Source of the DNA: Mobula hypostoma
Lineage: Eukaryota
DNA length: 64,000 bases
NCBI RefSeq assembly: GCF_963921235.1
Contig: NC_086118.1
Location: forward strand, 21,826,001 to 21,890,000
Reading direction: 5' to 3'
Positions 25,777 through 39,714 of this stretch are shown one piece after another. Below the pieces are notes generated by a model. It made no database searches. It worked only from the letters and a program-made list of their open reading frames with translations, and was not told where the DNA came from. A program made the position numbers and the translations under genes. The first letter of the stretch is position 1. Each line of letters opens with the position of its first letter.

Positions 25777-26602
25777 AGTTTTATCCGAACCATTCATGTG
25801 TCTCCCTGTCTGTCCACCCTGTGCTAACTCCACCATCTTAAACTATTTGTTTTCATCCATTCTACATCCCTACCTTCTGAGCTCTGACTCCTCCATCACA
25901 ACCTTCTCCTGGCTACAACAGAGGCTTCTTTGGACCTGCAGATGCCACTCTCCTAACATCTCTGAGCTGGTTCCATTGCTCATTACCCTTCCCTTATTAC
26001 CAAGCACCCTGTCTCCACCCTCCTCTTTCCCTAACTCAGCTCTGTTTGCCTAGTTTTTTCCCCTCTTTCATTTCTAGTTATGCACTATGAGTGTCTTTCT
26101 CAACACTACTTCTCACTTGTATATTCTGGGTATCGGAGAGGAGGCCTCGATGCAGGGTCTCAGCCTGTAGTATTGGTCATCCATTCTGCTGCTTGCTGCT
26201 CTGAGTTCTTCCACCACTTTGCTTTTTGCTTCAGTTTCCAGCATCTGCAGCTGCTCATGTCTCCAACACCTTTGAAAACATATTTGGATCACTCATTTTC
26301 ACTAGCAAAAAAGTACAGTGCTTAGTTATTTAAAGCCCTTCACTGAGTGAGCAAATGGCCTAACCCAGTACAATAAGAAATTTGAGCGATGTTTCCTTCA
26401 ACTGTTTCCATGCACTTTGTGTGACTCGTATGGTAATTAGATCATTGAAAGCTGCATCGTTCAAAAGAAAAACAAAGGGTCATTGCAGCTTTTATTTAGT
26501 GAGTTCATTGTGATTTAAGACTAATATATTTAAATTGACATCTTTTGGCACATTTATTGCGTTTAGATAAATACTAAAAATGTGATTATACTCTCTATTC
26601 AG

Positions 26603-26698
26603 AATCTTCTTCAGGAAGAAAAACTAAGAAGGCAAAACCAAATTGAAGATATTAATATAGCAATTCTTAAATTAAAGGACAATATCACTTCTATCAAA
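26603..26698 (+). CDS. TRIM-MLLE coding exon 2 (coiled-coil, 96 nt)
   Basis: ctctctattcag|AAT..AAA|gtgagt; NLLQEEKLRRQNQIEDINIAILKLKDNITSIK; a 96-nt phase 0-0 exon is typical of vertebrate TRIM genes. Confidence 0.93.
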
Positions 26699-26786
26699 GT
26701 GAGTATCAGTTAAAAGTATAGTAGTAGTTCTGTTCCTTGTTTCTGTTCTGAGTGTACCTATTTGCAATCTTCCATTCCTTAATCAG

Positions 26787-27017
26787 GAAACAACGTGTCG
26801 GGTGAGATCTGACATTGACAAACACTTTGATGATCTGATCAACTGCATTAAAGAGTCGCAGAACATTGTAACGAACATCATTGACAGTGAGGAGGCTGTT
26901 GCCTTGGCACAAACTGACAGCATCCAGAGTTGGCTGAGCCGGAGGTGCATTGGACTAAAGCGGAAAACTGATGAAATAGACCAGCTCTTGAAGTCTGATG
27001 GCATTCAACTCTTAAGG
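26787..27017 (+). CDS. TRIM-MLLE coding exon 3 (coiled-coil, 231 nt)
   Basis: ttccttaatcag|GAA..AGG|gtaggc; ETTCRVRSDIDKHFDDLINCIKESQ..LLKSDGIQLLR; a 231-nt phase 0-0 exon is typical of TRIM genes. Confidence 0.93.
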
Positions 27018-27826
27018 GTAGGCAAAATCCTGATGGGACAGTGATCTGAAATGAATGCTTAGTGACCAAATAACTAAGGAATCTGAAGGCGGATGCCTTT
27101 CTGAAGAGCATGCATTTGAGTGCATGCCTGTATCACTAGGCTGATGGGGAAGCTTCTTGTGTATCATGTTCATACCCAGATAGCTTTATAGAAGCTTGGA
27201 TACCTTTTAGCCTCTTAAGTTACAAAGCACTTCTAGTAGATTGGCTGGAACTCCTCATACAAACTTCCTCCCCCCACTCCATATTCAGCAAGTCTGCTCT
27301 GTTGGTCTCATTAGATTAAATATGGAATTTGGATGGATATTATCTTGTGTAACCAAATGTTAACTATGCTGCCAAACTTGCTGAGTTCCTGCGGCATTTT
27401 ATGTGTGTTGAGGGAGAAGTGATCCTTATTTCTGTTTAAGTAGATGTTTGTTGCATGCCTGTGGATCCTGAATCAAGTTGTTCCAGTCTGTCTATTAGAA
27501 AATACCCTTTAATTATCATCTAGAATCCTCCTATAATTGGAAAATCTTCTGCTTTAAGAAACTCTGTCCAGGCAGCATGTGCAATGATGTTGCTACTCAT
27601 TTATTGAGCTAGTGCCCACACTTCTCTTTAATGGGAGGTCCACTTTCTAACATCAAGGATGGGAAAATGAGTGGAGCAACAAGACAAACCAGTTAGCCCG
27701 TGTGATCACTTTTAGTTGTTAATGAATCTGGGGAGAAAAAGAAGCATTCATTGTTCACAACTGGAAATTGTGCAACTTGTATAAGAGTAAGTGATGTCTT
27801 AAATCTTGTGATGTTGTGCTTTGTAG

Positions 27827-27998
27827 GAGTTTCAAACTCTGGAAGAAATGGAGACAGATCAGGTTTTACCCACATTGGACACTGATATTGATAAACAGCT
27901 CTCCAATTTAAAGAGCATAATTGTCGAGCTGACTAAAGATATTACGGCGCAGCTGCGCAGAGCCTGTCATGAGAAGCTGCCTGCAAGTAAAGAAAATG
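27827..27998 (+). CDS. TRIM-MLLE coding exon 4 (post-coiled-coil helix)
   Basis: gctttgtag|GAG; EFQTLEEMETDQVLPTLDTDIDKQLSNLKSIIVELTKDITAQLRRACHEKLPA; two possible phase-1 donors, after 27986 (160 nt) or after 27998 (172 nt). Confidence 0.85.
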
Positions 27999-28164
27999 GT
28001 ATTACCTTTTTATTCTCATATTTTCCCAATCTCTTTCTCCTCGGAAGGTGTTGATTGCGTTCCATGAGCCTTCCAATAAGGACGACCAGTCCCCATGTTG
28101 AGTGTTGGCAGATTACAGTCAAATCTATTTCGTTCGCAGTGATCTTTCAATCCCTCACCCCTGG

Positions 28165-31100
28165 AACACTAGAACACCACAGCACAGTACAGGCCCTTCG
28201 GCCCTCGATGTTGTATCGACCCATATATTCCTTTAAAAAAAGTACTAAACCCACACTACCCCATAACCCTCTATTTTTCTTTCATCCATGTGCCTGTCCA
28301 AGAGGCTCTTAAATACCCCTAATTTTTAGCCTCCTCCACCATTCCTGGCAAGTCATTCCAGGTACCCACAACCCTCTGTGTAAAAAAAAACACACACAAC
28401 AACAACAACAACAACAACAACAAGTTACCTCTGATGTCTCCCCTAAATTTCCCTCCATTAACTTTGTACATATGCCCTCTGGTGTTTGCTGTTTGTGCCC
28501 TGGGAAACAGGTACTGGTTATCCACCCTATCTATGCCTCTCATAATCTTGTAGACCTCTATCAAGTCCCCTCATCCTTCTACGTTCCAAAGAAAAAAGTC
28601 CCAGCTCTGCTAACCTTGCCTCATAAGACTTGTTTTCCAGTCCAGGCAACATCCTGGTAAATCTCCTCTGCACCCCCTCCATAGCTTCCACATCCTTCCT
28701 ATAATGAGGTGACCAGAACTGAACACACAAGTGGTCTCACCAGAGGTTTGTAGAGTTGCAACATGACCTCTCTACTCTTGAACTCAATCCCCCAATTAAT
28801 GAATCCTAGCATCCCATAGGCCTTTTTAACTATCCTATCAACCTGTGCAGCGACCTTGAGGGATGTATGGATTTGAACCCCAAGGTCCTTCTGTTCATCC
28901 ACACTCTTAAGTAACCGACCATTAACCCTGTACTCAGCCTTCTGATTTGTCCTTCCAAAATGCATCACCTCACACTTACCCAGATTGAACTCCATCTGTC
29001 ACTTTTCTGCCCAACTCTGCATCCTGTCTATATCTTCTTGTAACCTTCGACAACCTACAGCTCCATCCACAACTCCTCCAATCTTCGTGTCATCCGCAAA
29101 CTTACTCACCCATCCTTTCACCTCATCATCCAGGTCATTTATAAAAATCACAAAGAGCAGGGGTTCCAGGACAGATCCTTGCGGCACTCCACTAAGTCAC
29201 TGACCTCCAGGCAGAATACTTTCCTTCCACTACTACCCTCTGCTTTCTTCCTGCAAGCCAATCTTTTATCCAAATAGCCAAGGTTCCACTGATCCCATGC
29301 CTCATGACTTTCTGGATGAGTCTCTCATGGGGGATCTTGTAAATCCCTTGCTAAAATCCATATAGACCACATCCATTGCCCTATCCTCATCAATTTCTTT
29401 TGTTACCTCTTCAAAAAACTCAATTAGGTTCGTGAGGCACAACCTTCCCTTCACAAAGCCATGTTGACTATCCTTGAGTAGACTGTACTTCTCCAAATGC
29501 TTGTAGACCCTATCCTTAAGAATCCTTTCCACTACTTTGCAGACCACCGACGGAAGACTCACCGGTCTATAATTCCCAGGATTCTCCCTATTACCTTTTT
29601 TAAACAAGGGAACTACATTTGCCATTCTCCAATCCTCCGGCACCTCCCCTGCAGCCAAAGAGGATTCAAAGATCTTAGCTACCTCTCCAGCTATCTCTTC
29701 TCTCACTTCCCACAGCAACCTGGGGTATATCACGTCCGGCCCTGGGGAATTATCAACCTTGATGTTTTTAAGAAGATCCAACACTTTTTCCTTAATCTCC
29801 ACATTGTCCAGCACACAGGCCTGTTCTATTTCAACTTCACCCTGATTAAGGTCCTTTTCTCTTGTGAATACTGAAGCAAAGTATTCATTTAGGACCTCCC
29901 CAACCTCCCCCGCCTCCAGGCATATGTTGCCTTCTTTATCCTTTAGTAGCCCCACCTTCATTCTTGTCATCCTTCGGTTCTTCACATATGCATAGAATGC
30001 CTTGGGGTTCTCCTTAATCCTACCTGCCAAGGCCTTTTCGTGCCGCCTTTGAGCTCTCCTAAGTCCTTTCTTAAGCTCCTTCCTGGCTACCCTATAATTC
30101 TCATGAGCCCCTCCTGCTTCCTGCTTCTTATATCTTACATATGCTTCCTTCTTCCTCTTGACAAGTTGCCTCATGTGTTTCATTAGCCACGGTTCCCTTT
30201 TCCTACCATTTTTTCCTTATCTCAGTGGGACAAACCTATCCTAAACCCAGCACAAGTGGTCCTTAAACTTCCCTCACATTACTTCTGTGCTTTCACCATT
30301 GAACATCTGTTTCCAATTTACTCTTGCAGTTCCTGCCTCATCCCTTCATAGTTAGCCCTTCCCCAGTTAAGCACTTTCCCATTTCGTCTGTTTTTATCCT
30401 TTTCCATAGCTATGCTGAAGCAAAGGGAATTGTGGTCACTCTCACCAAAATGCTCCCCCACCAAGAGGTCTGCCACCTGACCAGGTTCATTACCCAAAAC
30501 TAAATCCAGTATGGCCTCTCCTCTTGTCGGCCGGTCCATGTACTGTGTCAGGAATCCTTGTTGAACACACCTGACAAATTCAGCCCCATCTATTCCCCTT
30601 ACAGTCAGGAGGTGCCAGACAATATGAGGGAAGTTGAAATCGCCATAACTACAACCCTGTATTTCCTGCACCATTCTAAAATCTGCCTGCTTATCTGCTC
30701 CTTGGTGTCCTGGGGGCTATTTGGGGGCCTATAGACTACTCCCAGCCCAGTGAATGATCCCTTCCTATTCTGACTTCCACCCACACCGACTCAGTGGTCA
30801 CTCCCTCTGCAGTGTCCTCCCTTTCTATAACCGTGATGCTATCCCTGACCAGTAATGCTACTCCCCCCACCTTTCTACCTCCCATCCTATTCCTTTTAAA
30901 ACATCTAAACCCCAGTACCTGCATCAGCCAATCCTGCCCTTCCTGCAGCCAAATTTCAGTAACGTCCACAACATCGTAGTTCCACATATTGATCCATGCT
31001 CTAAGTTCATCCCCTTTATTCCTAATACTTCTAGTGTTGAAATAGACATATTTCAACCCCTCTAACTGGCTACATTTATGTTTTGTCCCCTGCCTGTCCT

Positions 31101-32270
31101 TCCTCACCAACTCAGAACACATAGCATCATACCCTTGTCCTTCTACCTTAATCTCTGCACTCACATTCTGATTCCCATCTCCCTGCCAAACTAGTTTAAA
31201 CCCTCCCCAACTGGTCTAGCGAACCTGCCCGCCAGGATATTGGTCCCTTTCCAGTTCAGGTGCAGCCCGTCCTTTTTGTACAGGTCAGACCTTTACCAGA
31301 AGAGATCCCGATGATACAGAAATCTGAACCCCTGTCCCCTGTACCAACTCTTCAGCCACACATTCATCTGCCATAACTTCCTGTTCCTACCCTCTCTGTC
31401 TTGTGGCACAGGCAGCAATCCCAAGATTACCACCCTTGAGGTCCTGCTTTTTAACTTCTTTCCTAACTCCCTATATTCCTTCTTCAGGACCTCATTCCTA
31501 CTCTTATCTATGTCATTGGTCCCCACATGGACCACGACATCTGGCTGCTCACCCTCTCTCCTGAGAATACTGAGAACTCGATCCGAGATATCGAGGACCC
31601 TGGCACCAGGGAGGCAACGGACCATCCGGGATTCTGGATCTCTCCCACAGAACCTCTTATCTGTCCCCCTAACTATCGAATCCCCTATCACTACTGCTCT
31701 CCTCTTTTCCCTCCTTTCTTTCTGAGCTGAGGGTCCCGTCTCGGTGTCAGAGACACGACCACTACAACTTGTCTCTGGTATGTCGTCCCCACCAACAGTA
31801 TCCAAAACAGTAAACTTATTGTTGACGGGAACGGCCACAAGGGTGCTCTGCTCTTTCTGTCTGTTTCCCTTCCCTCTCCTGATAGTCACCCAGTTACCTG
31901 TCTCCTGACTTTTAGGGGTGACTGTCTCCCTGAACCTTCGATCTATTACTGCCTCTGCCTCCCGAATGATCCGAAGTTCATCCATCTCCAGCTCCAGTTT
32001 CTGAACTCGGTTTGACAGGAACTGTAGGTGGATGGACTTTTGCAGGTATAGCCATCAGAGACAATTGTGCTGTCCCTGACTTCCCACATCCTACAATCGG
32101 AGCACTGAACTGCCCTATCTACTGCCTCCATTAACTACTCCTAAGTTAATTAAATTAATTAAAGAAACTTACCTGGCCTTACCTCACTGGGAGCAAGCGC
32201 GTCCTCTGCCTCTTCTCGCTGAAGCCTCTTGAGCCAAAGCCTCAAAGCTCCACTCCTTCGCTGGCCACTC
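28165..32270 (-). mobile_element. Near full-length CR1 LINE with disrupted ORF1 and ORF2
   Basis: ORF1 32131-31293 (CxxC N-terminus; SGNH esterase GDSIVRG, HVGTND); ORF2 endonuclease/RT fragments 31164-28527; (caa)n tract at about 28397-28422. Confidence 0.93.
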
Positions 32271-33699
32271 TCCACCTCTCTCTTTCTCTTGCATATTATT
32301 CCTGTAGGTGACTGTCTGGAAATTCTGGTGTGTTCTAAAGTGCTTTAAAAAATTAAGTCAGTGTAGTGGGATAAAACTCTTGTGAACATTTACTCATCCC
32401 ATCAATTGGGAATTAGTGCCAACAGATCAAACAAAGCAGATGTTTTGCTGTAAAATGTTAAAGACCACAGCACCAGTGGTGAGGACCAAGAAGGGATGGT
32501 CAAGGGAGGCAAAGGAGTACTACAGTACTGCTTTGAGTCAGTGGACTGGACAATATTCAGGGATTCATCTCTAATCTGAATGAATATGCTACAGTTGTCA
32601 CCAACTTCATTAAGACCTATGTGGATGAGTGTGCAGATTCCAGAACATTCTGGACGTACCCACAACAAAAGCCGTGTATGAGCCAGGAGATTCGTAGTCT
32701 GCTGAGGGCTAGATCTGTAGCATTCAAGACCGGTGATCTAGAACTATACAAGAAATCCAGATTCGACCTTCGAAAGGCTTTTTTAAGAGCAAGAAAACAA
32801 TTCTGATTGAAGTTAGAGATGGAATCGGATGCACAGCAGCTCTGGCAGGGTTTACAGGCCATTACTTCCTACGAAGTGTGAAACCTAACTTGAATGGTTG
32901 TGATGCCTCACTCCCAGATGAGCTAAGCACCTTTTATGCATGCTTTGAAACGGAGAATAAAACTACACCTGTGGGAATTCCTGCAACAACTGGTGACCCT
33001 GTGATTTCCATCACGTCAGAATACCTTTCATGAGGGTGAACCCTTGCAAGATGTTAGGCCCGGATGGTATACCTGGTAGGGCACTGAAAATCTCTGCTGG
33101 CCAACTGGTGGTAGTGTTCAAGGACATTTTCAATCTCACTGCTGTAGCAGAGTTTCTCATCTGCTTCAAAAGGACAACAATCATACCAGTGTGTAGGAAG
33201 AACAAAGTGAGCCGCCTCAATGACTTTCGCCCAGTTGCAGTCACATCTACTGTGATGAAGTGCTTTGAGAGGTTGGTCGTAGCCACAATCAGTTCCTGTG
33301 TGCTCAAGGATGTGGACCTGCTGCAATCTGCCTATCACAATAGGTAGGTCAGCAGATACATTTAATGTCAGAGAAATGTATACAATATACATCCTGAAAT
33401 TCTTTTTCTTCGCAAGTAACTACGAAAACAGAGGAGTGCCCCAAAGAATGAACAATAGTTAAAACGCTAGAACACCAAAGTTTCCCCAGCTTCCCCCTGC
33501 CACGCACAAGCGGCAACAAGGAAATGCCCCCCACTCCCCACCAGCAAAAAACATCAGCACCCTCCAGTGAGCACTCAAGCATCAATAAAGACACTGACTT
33601 GCAGTATTCCAAAAACTAATTGTTCACCTGATAATTTGACATACCACGGTTCTCTCTCTCTCTCTCTCCCTAATATGGGAAAGGGAGGTTTCCCCGTTT

Positions 33700-34800
33700 C
33701 CATATAAAACCATATAACAGTTACAGCACGGAAACAGGTCATCTCGGCCCTTCTAGTCCGTGCCGAACTCTTATTCTCAGCTAGTCGCACTGACCTGCAC
33801 TCAGCCCATAACCCTCCATTCCTTTCCTGTCCATATAGCTATCCAATTTAACTTCAAATGACAACATCGAACCTGCCTCAACCACTTCTGCTGGGAGCTC
33901 ATTCCACACAGCTACCACTCTCTGAGTAAAGATGTTCCCCCTCATGTTACCCCTAAACTTTTGCCCTTTAACTCTCAACTCATGTCCTCTTGTTTGAATC
34001 TCTCCCACCTTCAATGGAAAAAGCCTATCCACGTCAACTCTATCTATCCCCCTCATAACTTAAAATACCTCTATCAAGTCCCCCCTCAACCTTCTACGCT
34101 CCAAAGAATAAAAACCCAACTTGTTCAACCTTTCTCTGTAACTTATGAGATGAAACACAGGTAACATTCTAGTAAATCTTTTCTGTACTCTCTCTATTTT
34201 GTTGACATCTTTCCTATAATTCGGTGACCAGAACTGTACACAATACTCCAAATTTGGCCTTACCAATGCCTTGTACAATTTCAACATTATGTCCCAACTC
34301 CTATACTCAATGCTCTGATTTATAAAGGCCAGCATACTAAAAGCTTTCTTCACCACCCTATCCACATGAGATTCCACCTTCAGGGAACTATGCACCATTA
34401 TTCCTAGATCCCTCTGTTCTGCTGCATTCTTCAATGCCCTACCAGTTACCATGTATGTCCTATTTTGATTAGTCCTACCAAAATGTAGCACCTCACATTT
34501 ATCAGCATTAAACTCCATCTGCCATCTTTCAGCCCACTCTTCTAACTGGCCTAAATCTCTCTGCAAGCTTTGAAAACCTACTTCATTATCCACAACTCCA
34601 CCTATCTTAGTATCATCTGCATATTTACTAATCCAATTTACCACCCCATCATCCAGATCATTAATATACATGACAAACAACATTGGACCCAGTACAGATC
34701 CCTGAGGCACACCACTAGTCACCGGCCTCCAATCTGACAAACCGTTATCCACCACTACTCTCTGGCGTCTCCCATCCAACCGCTGCTGAATCCATTTTAC
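33700..34800 (-). mobile_element. 5'-truncated CR1 LINE
   Basis: RT ORF 34060-34779 (GVPQGSVLGP, KYADDTK) plus 3' tail. Confidence 0.92.
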
Positions 34801-35107
34801 TACTTGTTCATTGCATACACTGGATGAATTCCTTCGTCAATAACTATTGGGAACTAATACTCAGTCTTATAGTACTGTGTTATAATTTGTTGTGCATTTT
34901 ATTTAAATACATAATTTGTTACTCAGTTTGTCTTTTTTTTACTTTTTTCCATGAAACTGGCTAATTGGGCACCCAATTAATTGGACTGGAATCGACTGTA
35001 CTTAAGATGCACCCTTACCAATGTCTTGTACAACTGAAATGTAAACTAGTGTGCCAGAAGCCTTCTTCACCATCCCGTCTACCTGTGACGTAGAAACAAT
35101 GTAACTC

Positions 35108-37972
35108 AGGGGCGTCACGTGATGACATGGGATTGAGACGTGTAAATTCAGCTCTCCCGCAACAAATCAGTAAAGTACGGTTTAAATAAAGCAAAGTTGG
35201 TAAATATTTTTTGAAAACTATTTATAAACTTTGTAAGACTACTTTACGATATGCCTCCCAAACCGCAACAAAAGTCTGCTGCTGCGAAGCAGCGCGAGAC
35301 GGGAAGAAAAAAGGGCCTACTGCAACGATGGAGCCTTGGACTCAGGTTGGATCTCCTTCGGTAGAACAGGGAGCAATGGCGGTGGCAGAGGTTGCTCCGA
35401 AGAAGACAACGGAATTGCGCATGCGCAAATCGACACAACACAAACTACAAGAACCGACACCCACTGCAATTGAAAATGACTCAGAGTCAGAACTGGATTC
35501 TGCAGAGAACACAGATGAAGAAGAGGAGGAAGAATTGGAAGCGAGTGGAAGTAAAGGAGACGATAGAGACATAAGAGAGGCTGTATTGCGATCAACGGCT
35601 GAATTAAGGAAAGTAAGAGAAGAGCTTAGAGATACGAAGAGATGCTATAATAAAGTTATGGAAAGACAGGACAAAATGGAAAAGAAGCTTCAGAAGATGG
35701 AAAGAGAAATGGGGCTTATGAATGATAGTGGAAAAAACAGAAAATGATTTGCTTGTCTGGAACTCGGAAAGAAACCGACTCTTGGAGAAAGTGGACATGT
35801 TGGAAAATTTCAGTAGATGTAATAATATAAAAATTGTTGGTCTTACAGAAGGTATGGAAGGAGAAAAGCCAATAGAATTTTTTTCAAAGATGGATTCCGG
35901 AGGTTTTGCAAATGGGAGAGGAGGCTCGATCAATTGAAATTGAGCGGGCACATAGAGCTTTAAGACCAAAACCAAAAGATGACCAATATCCACGATCGAT
36001 TTTAATAAAATTCTTAAGATTTCAAGACAAGGAAAGCATTCTACAGGCGGCTGTTTGAGCTGCCAAAGATAGAAAAGGGCCATTGATAATTAAAGGGAAA
36101 AGAGTTTTTTTCTACCCTGATATAAGTTACGAACTTTTGAAGAAAAGGAAGAAGTTTAATCCAGTGGAAAAAACCCTATGGGAGCATGGTTATCAATTTA
36201 TACTGCGTTATCCTGCAACTTTGAAGATTTTTTTGTCTGGTGGAGAAAAAAGATTTTTTGATGACTACCAGAAAGCAGAGCAGTTTGTGCAAGATTCTCT
36301 GAATATTCACCAGATACAAGAACAAACTCAGGAGAGCGAGATAGATTGAAGATGAAGATTGGGTTTAAGAATGGATTTGTTGGATTTTTGAAGCTGGATG
36401 AATGTATAAATATAGTATTAATTATATGAGGGGGGTAAGAAAGGTTAATACTGGAGGAAATTTGCTGGGAATAATAATACTAATTTTGTTTATATATATA
36501 TAACTTTTTTTGTTGCGGGGGAGCTGGAAGAAGCACTGATCGATTGCTACGTTAATCATGTGTGCAAGCGTGGCTTTTGCCGCGACCCGTAAAATGGAGG
36601 GGGGTAGTGTTGTGTATCTTTTCATTCACAACATTAGTGGGGGGGTATTTTGTTTTTTCTTTTTTTTCTATCTTTTTTTTCTCTTTTTGCCTGGAAGGTT
36701 GGGGGGGGGGGGAACACATAGCAGCATGGTGAAGTTTAAAGTGATTCCCCAAGGAACTATGAGAGTTGAGAAGATAAGTAATGTTTTAGATTGGAGTAAC
36801 TTTGTTAAGAATAATGACTAATTTATTGAATTTTTTGAGTTTTAATGTTAATGGGCTTAATGGACCAGTGAAAAGAAAAAGAATCTTAACATATATTAAA
36901 AAAAATGAAGATAGATTTAGCTTTTTTACAGGAAACGCACCTAACAGAAACAGAACATCAGAAACTAAAGAGAGATTGGGTGGGTAATGTTGTTGCGGCC
37001 TCATTTAATTCAAAAGCGAGGGGAGTAGCAATTTTGATCAATAAAACGTTACCAATTAGGATACAAAGTGTAATAACTGATTCTGCGGGGAGATATGTGA
37101 TTATACGTTGTCAACTTTTTTCCGAACTATGGCAAAGCAAAAATGGGAAACAGATCTGAATATTAATATTGATGAAATAAATTGGTCAAGACTTTGTCTG
37201 GACAGTATGACAAATACAATAAATGTTCGACTTAGATTAGTACAATATAATTTTTTACACCAATTATATATTACACCACAAAAAATAAATAGATTAAATT
37301 CAAATCTATCTGATAAATGTTTTCGGTGTAATCAAGAAATTGGTACTTTTTTACATTCTACTTGGTCTTGTTTTAAAATTCAACCCTTTTGGATAAATTT
37401 AAGAGTCTTATTGGAACAAATTACTGGAATTCAACTTCCACATAACCCTGTATTATTTCTATTAGGTGATATTGAAGAGATAAAACCGAAACTTAAATTG
37501 AAAAAATATCAGAAAGAATTTATAAAAATTGCATTGGCAGTAGCTAAGAAGACTATAGCAGTTACTTGGAAATCTAATTCGTATTTAAGTATGGATCGTT
37601 GGAATAATGAAATGGCTAGTTCTATTCCACTTGAAAAAATTACTTATAATTTAAGAGATAATTATCCAACATTCTTGAATATTTGGCGCCCTTATTTACA
37701 AAAGATAGGATGTCATATTTAAGTGCTCTGACAAAGAATTTGGTTACTTGGGGAAAATAATGAATAAATATACCAAATTTATTTTGAATCACATGGAGCA
37801 TGTGGAAACCTTCCAATACCCAGGCGGCTCTTCTTTTTTTTTTCTCTTTCTTTCTTTTAGGTAGGACTATATATATTGGGGGGGGGGAGGGTTAAGGGGA
37901 GGGGGGGGGTGGGTAGATTTTATCTTTTCATGTATTCTTTTTGAAAATTCAATAAAAATTATATAAAAAAAA
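35108..37972 (+). mobile_element. Internally deleted L1 of the same family as 15124-20861, with 16-bp TSD
   Basis: Same 5' end (ggggcgtcacgtgatgac), ORF1 and endonuclease start joined to the ORF2 C-terminus at 37132/37133, poly(A) tail; TSD agaaacaatgtaactc at 35092-35107 and 37973-37988. Confidence 0.95.
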
Positions 37973-39714
37973 AGAAACAATGTAACTCCCTCCCTGCGAG
38001 TGATGTACAGATAGCTGAAGACATTCTATTCTTGTGTCCCTTTACCTCTTCATCAGGGCAGTGTTGACCCAGGAGTTGCGCCTCTTGCTGTTGTGCAGTC
38101 CCTGACGTTTCTGGGGTAATGTGGCGCACCGGGTAGTTCAGCTTCCACCCTGTTGCTGGGACAGACAGCTGCCTGGGCTGGATCAGTCGGACATCCAGCT
38201 CATCACTGGTGTCAAATGTCACAATTTCTTTTTCAAATTCATCTTTGTAGTAAAATCTGCTGTGGCCTTTACACAGCGAGAGGGGAGGCATAACAAACAA
38301 CTCGCTGATTTTCGATGTTAGAAGTCTGTTGTGTCACTTTTTTCGAACTCTGTGCCCAGAGAGTCGGCACCAGAAAGGCAGCTCTCCGGACACACAACCC
38401 CCGGCAGCTAACCCGCTGCTCCCGATGTTCCGTGTTCACCTGCGACACTTCAGTCAGGGGCACCGGCCTTGAATCAGCACGTCTCTAGAGCCATGAAAAT
38501 CCGGAACCCTGAAGGCACGCTCGCCTTCCAGGCCACATCCTTGGGATATCAAAAAGCGGCCAGTTGTGAGGCCCCGAGACTGGATCCCATTCCCGAAGTC
38601 AGAGTGTAACTCCAGGTCACGGTCTTCAAAAGAACCTTGAATAGGTCTAAAGCAGATTTCTCTGGCTGTCCACTTGGCCTTGGATCATCTGGACAATGGC
38701 AATTCCTACGTCATGCTGCTGTTTATTGATTACAACTCCGTGCTCAACACCATCATATCCTCAGTACTAATCAACATGCTCTAAAACCTGGGTTTCTGTA
38801 TCTCCCTCTGCAACTGGATCCTTGACTTAATCATCAGGAAACTGCAGTCAGTGCAGATCAGAAATAACATCTCATTGACAAGCAACACTGGTGCACAAAA
38901 TTGAATTGAATGGAGAATATACGTTTAACTTTTGGCCGGTTTACAGACCAGTATCCTGTCTCAATTGTGCACGATGAGATTTTTAATTTCAATTCAATGA
39001 AGGGGCCTGGGGTAGGACTGAAATTGTCATTAAGATACAAAGTAATGAAAAGGACATTGGAAAGTGAATGGAAGAATTTTGAAAGTGTTAGCTTTGCCTT
39101 AAGCCATTAAGATCTTGAGTGTTAAATGGCTAATACTTATTATGTAGTTCTTGGCAGGTTTAGTAACTAATAACTTATCTCTCTCTTAATGCGCATTGGG
39201 ATTTCTAACGATTAAATGTCAAATTCAAAACCTAATTGGAAATAGTTTCATAAGCTTAATAGTTACATGAGTTTCTGGCTCTACCACCATTATTGACCAA
39301 GTCATGTTGTTCCATTTATTGAAGAGATCAAAGTGCAGCAATCAGCTCAGGCTGCACCTATGCTACCAGTCCTAATTCTGAGAAAGGATTGCACCGTTTG
39401 TGCACAAGAGGAAGAGTGGAGAAGAAAGATTAGTTGATCTCTAGTGTAGAGAATTATGATAATAACCTGATTTCAGTAATGGTTGTAAGATGGGAAGTGC
39501 ATATGATGATTTTTTTTTGTGTGGTCTATAGAGCGGGGATTTCACCATTTAGTACCCCCAAAAGTACAGAAAAAAATCGGTACTAAACAATGATCGCAAT
39601 ATAACAAAAGCAACAATAGGCTCATATTTTCATTCCATTAGGACTCATGGGGCTGTTGTGAAAAATTTGCACGATGCCGGTTTATGGAAATCATAAACTG
39701 GATACGACATTGAC

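Larger units (their letters stand above)
32480..38900 (+). mobile_element. Rex1/Babar-type LINE fragment split by a nested stack (pieces about 32480-33345 and 38640-38900)
   Basis: NDFRPVAVTSTVMKCFERLV..QSAYHNR continues at 38640 as NRSKAD..GNSYVMLLFIDYNS; aataggt is duplicated at 33339-33345 and 38640-38646. Confidence 0.75.
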
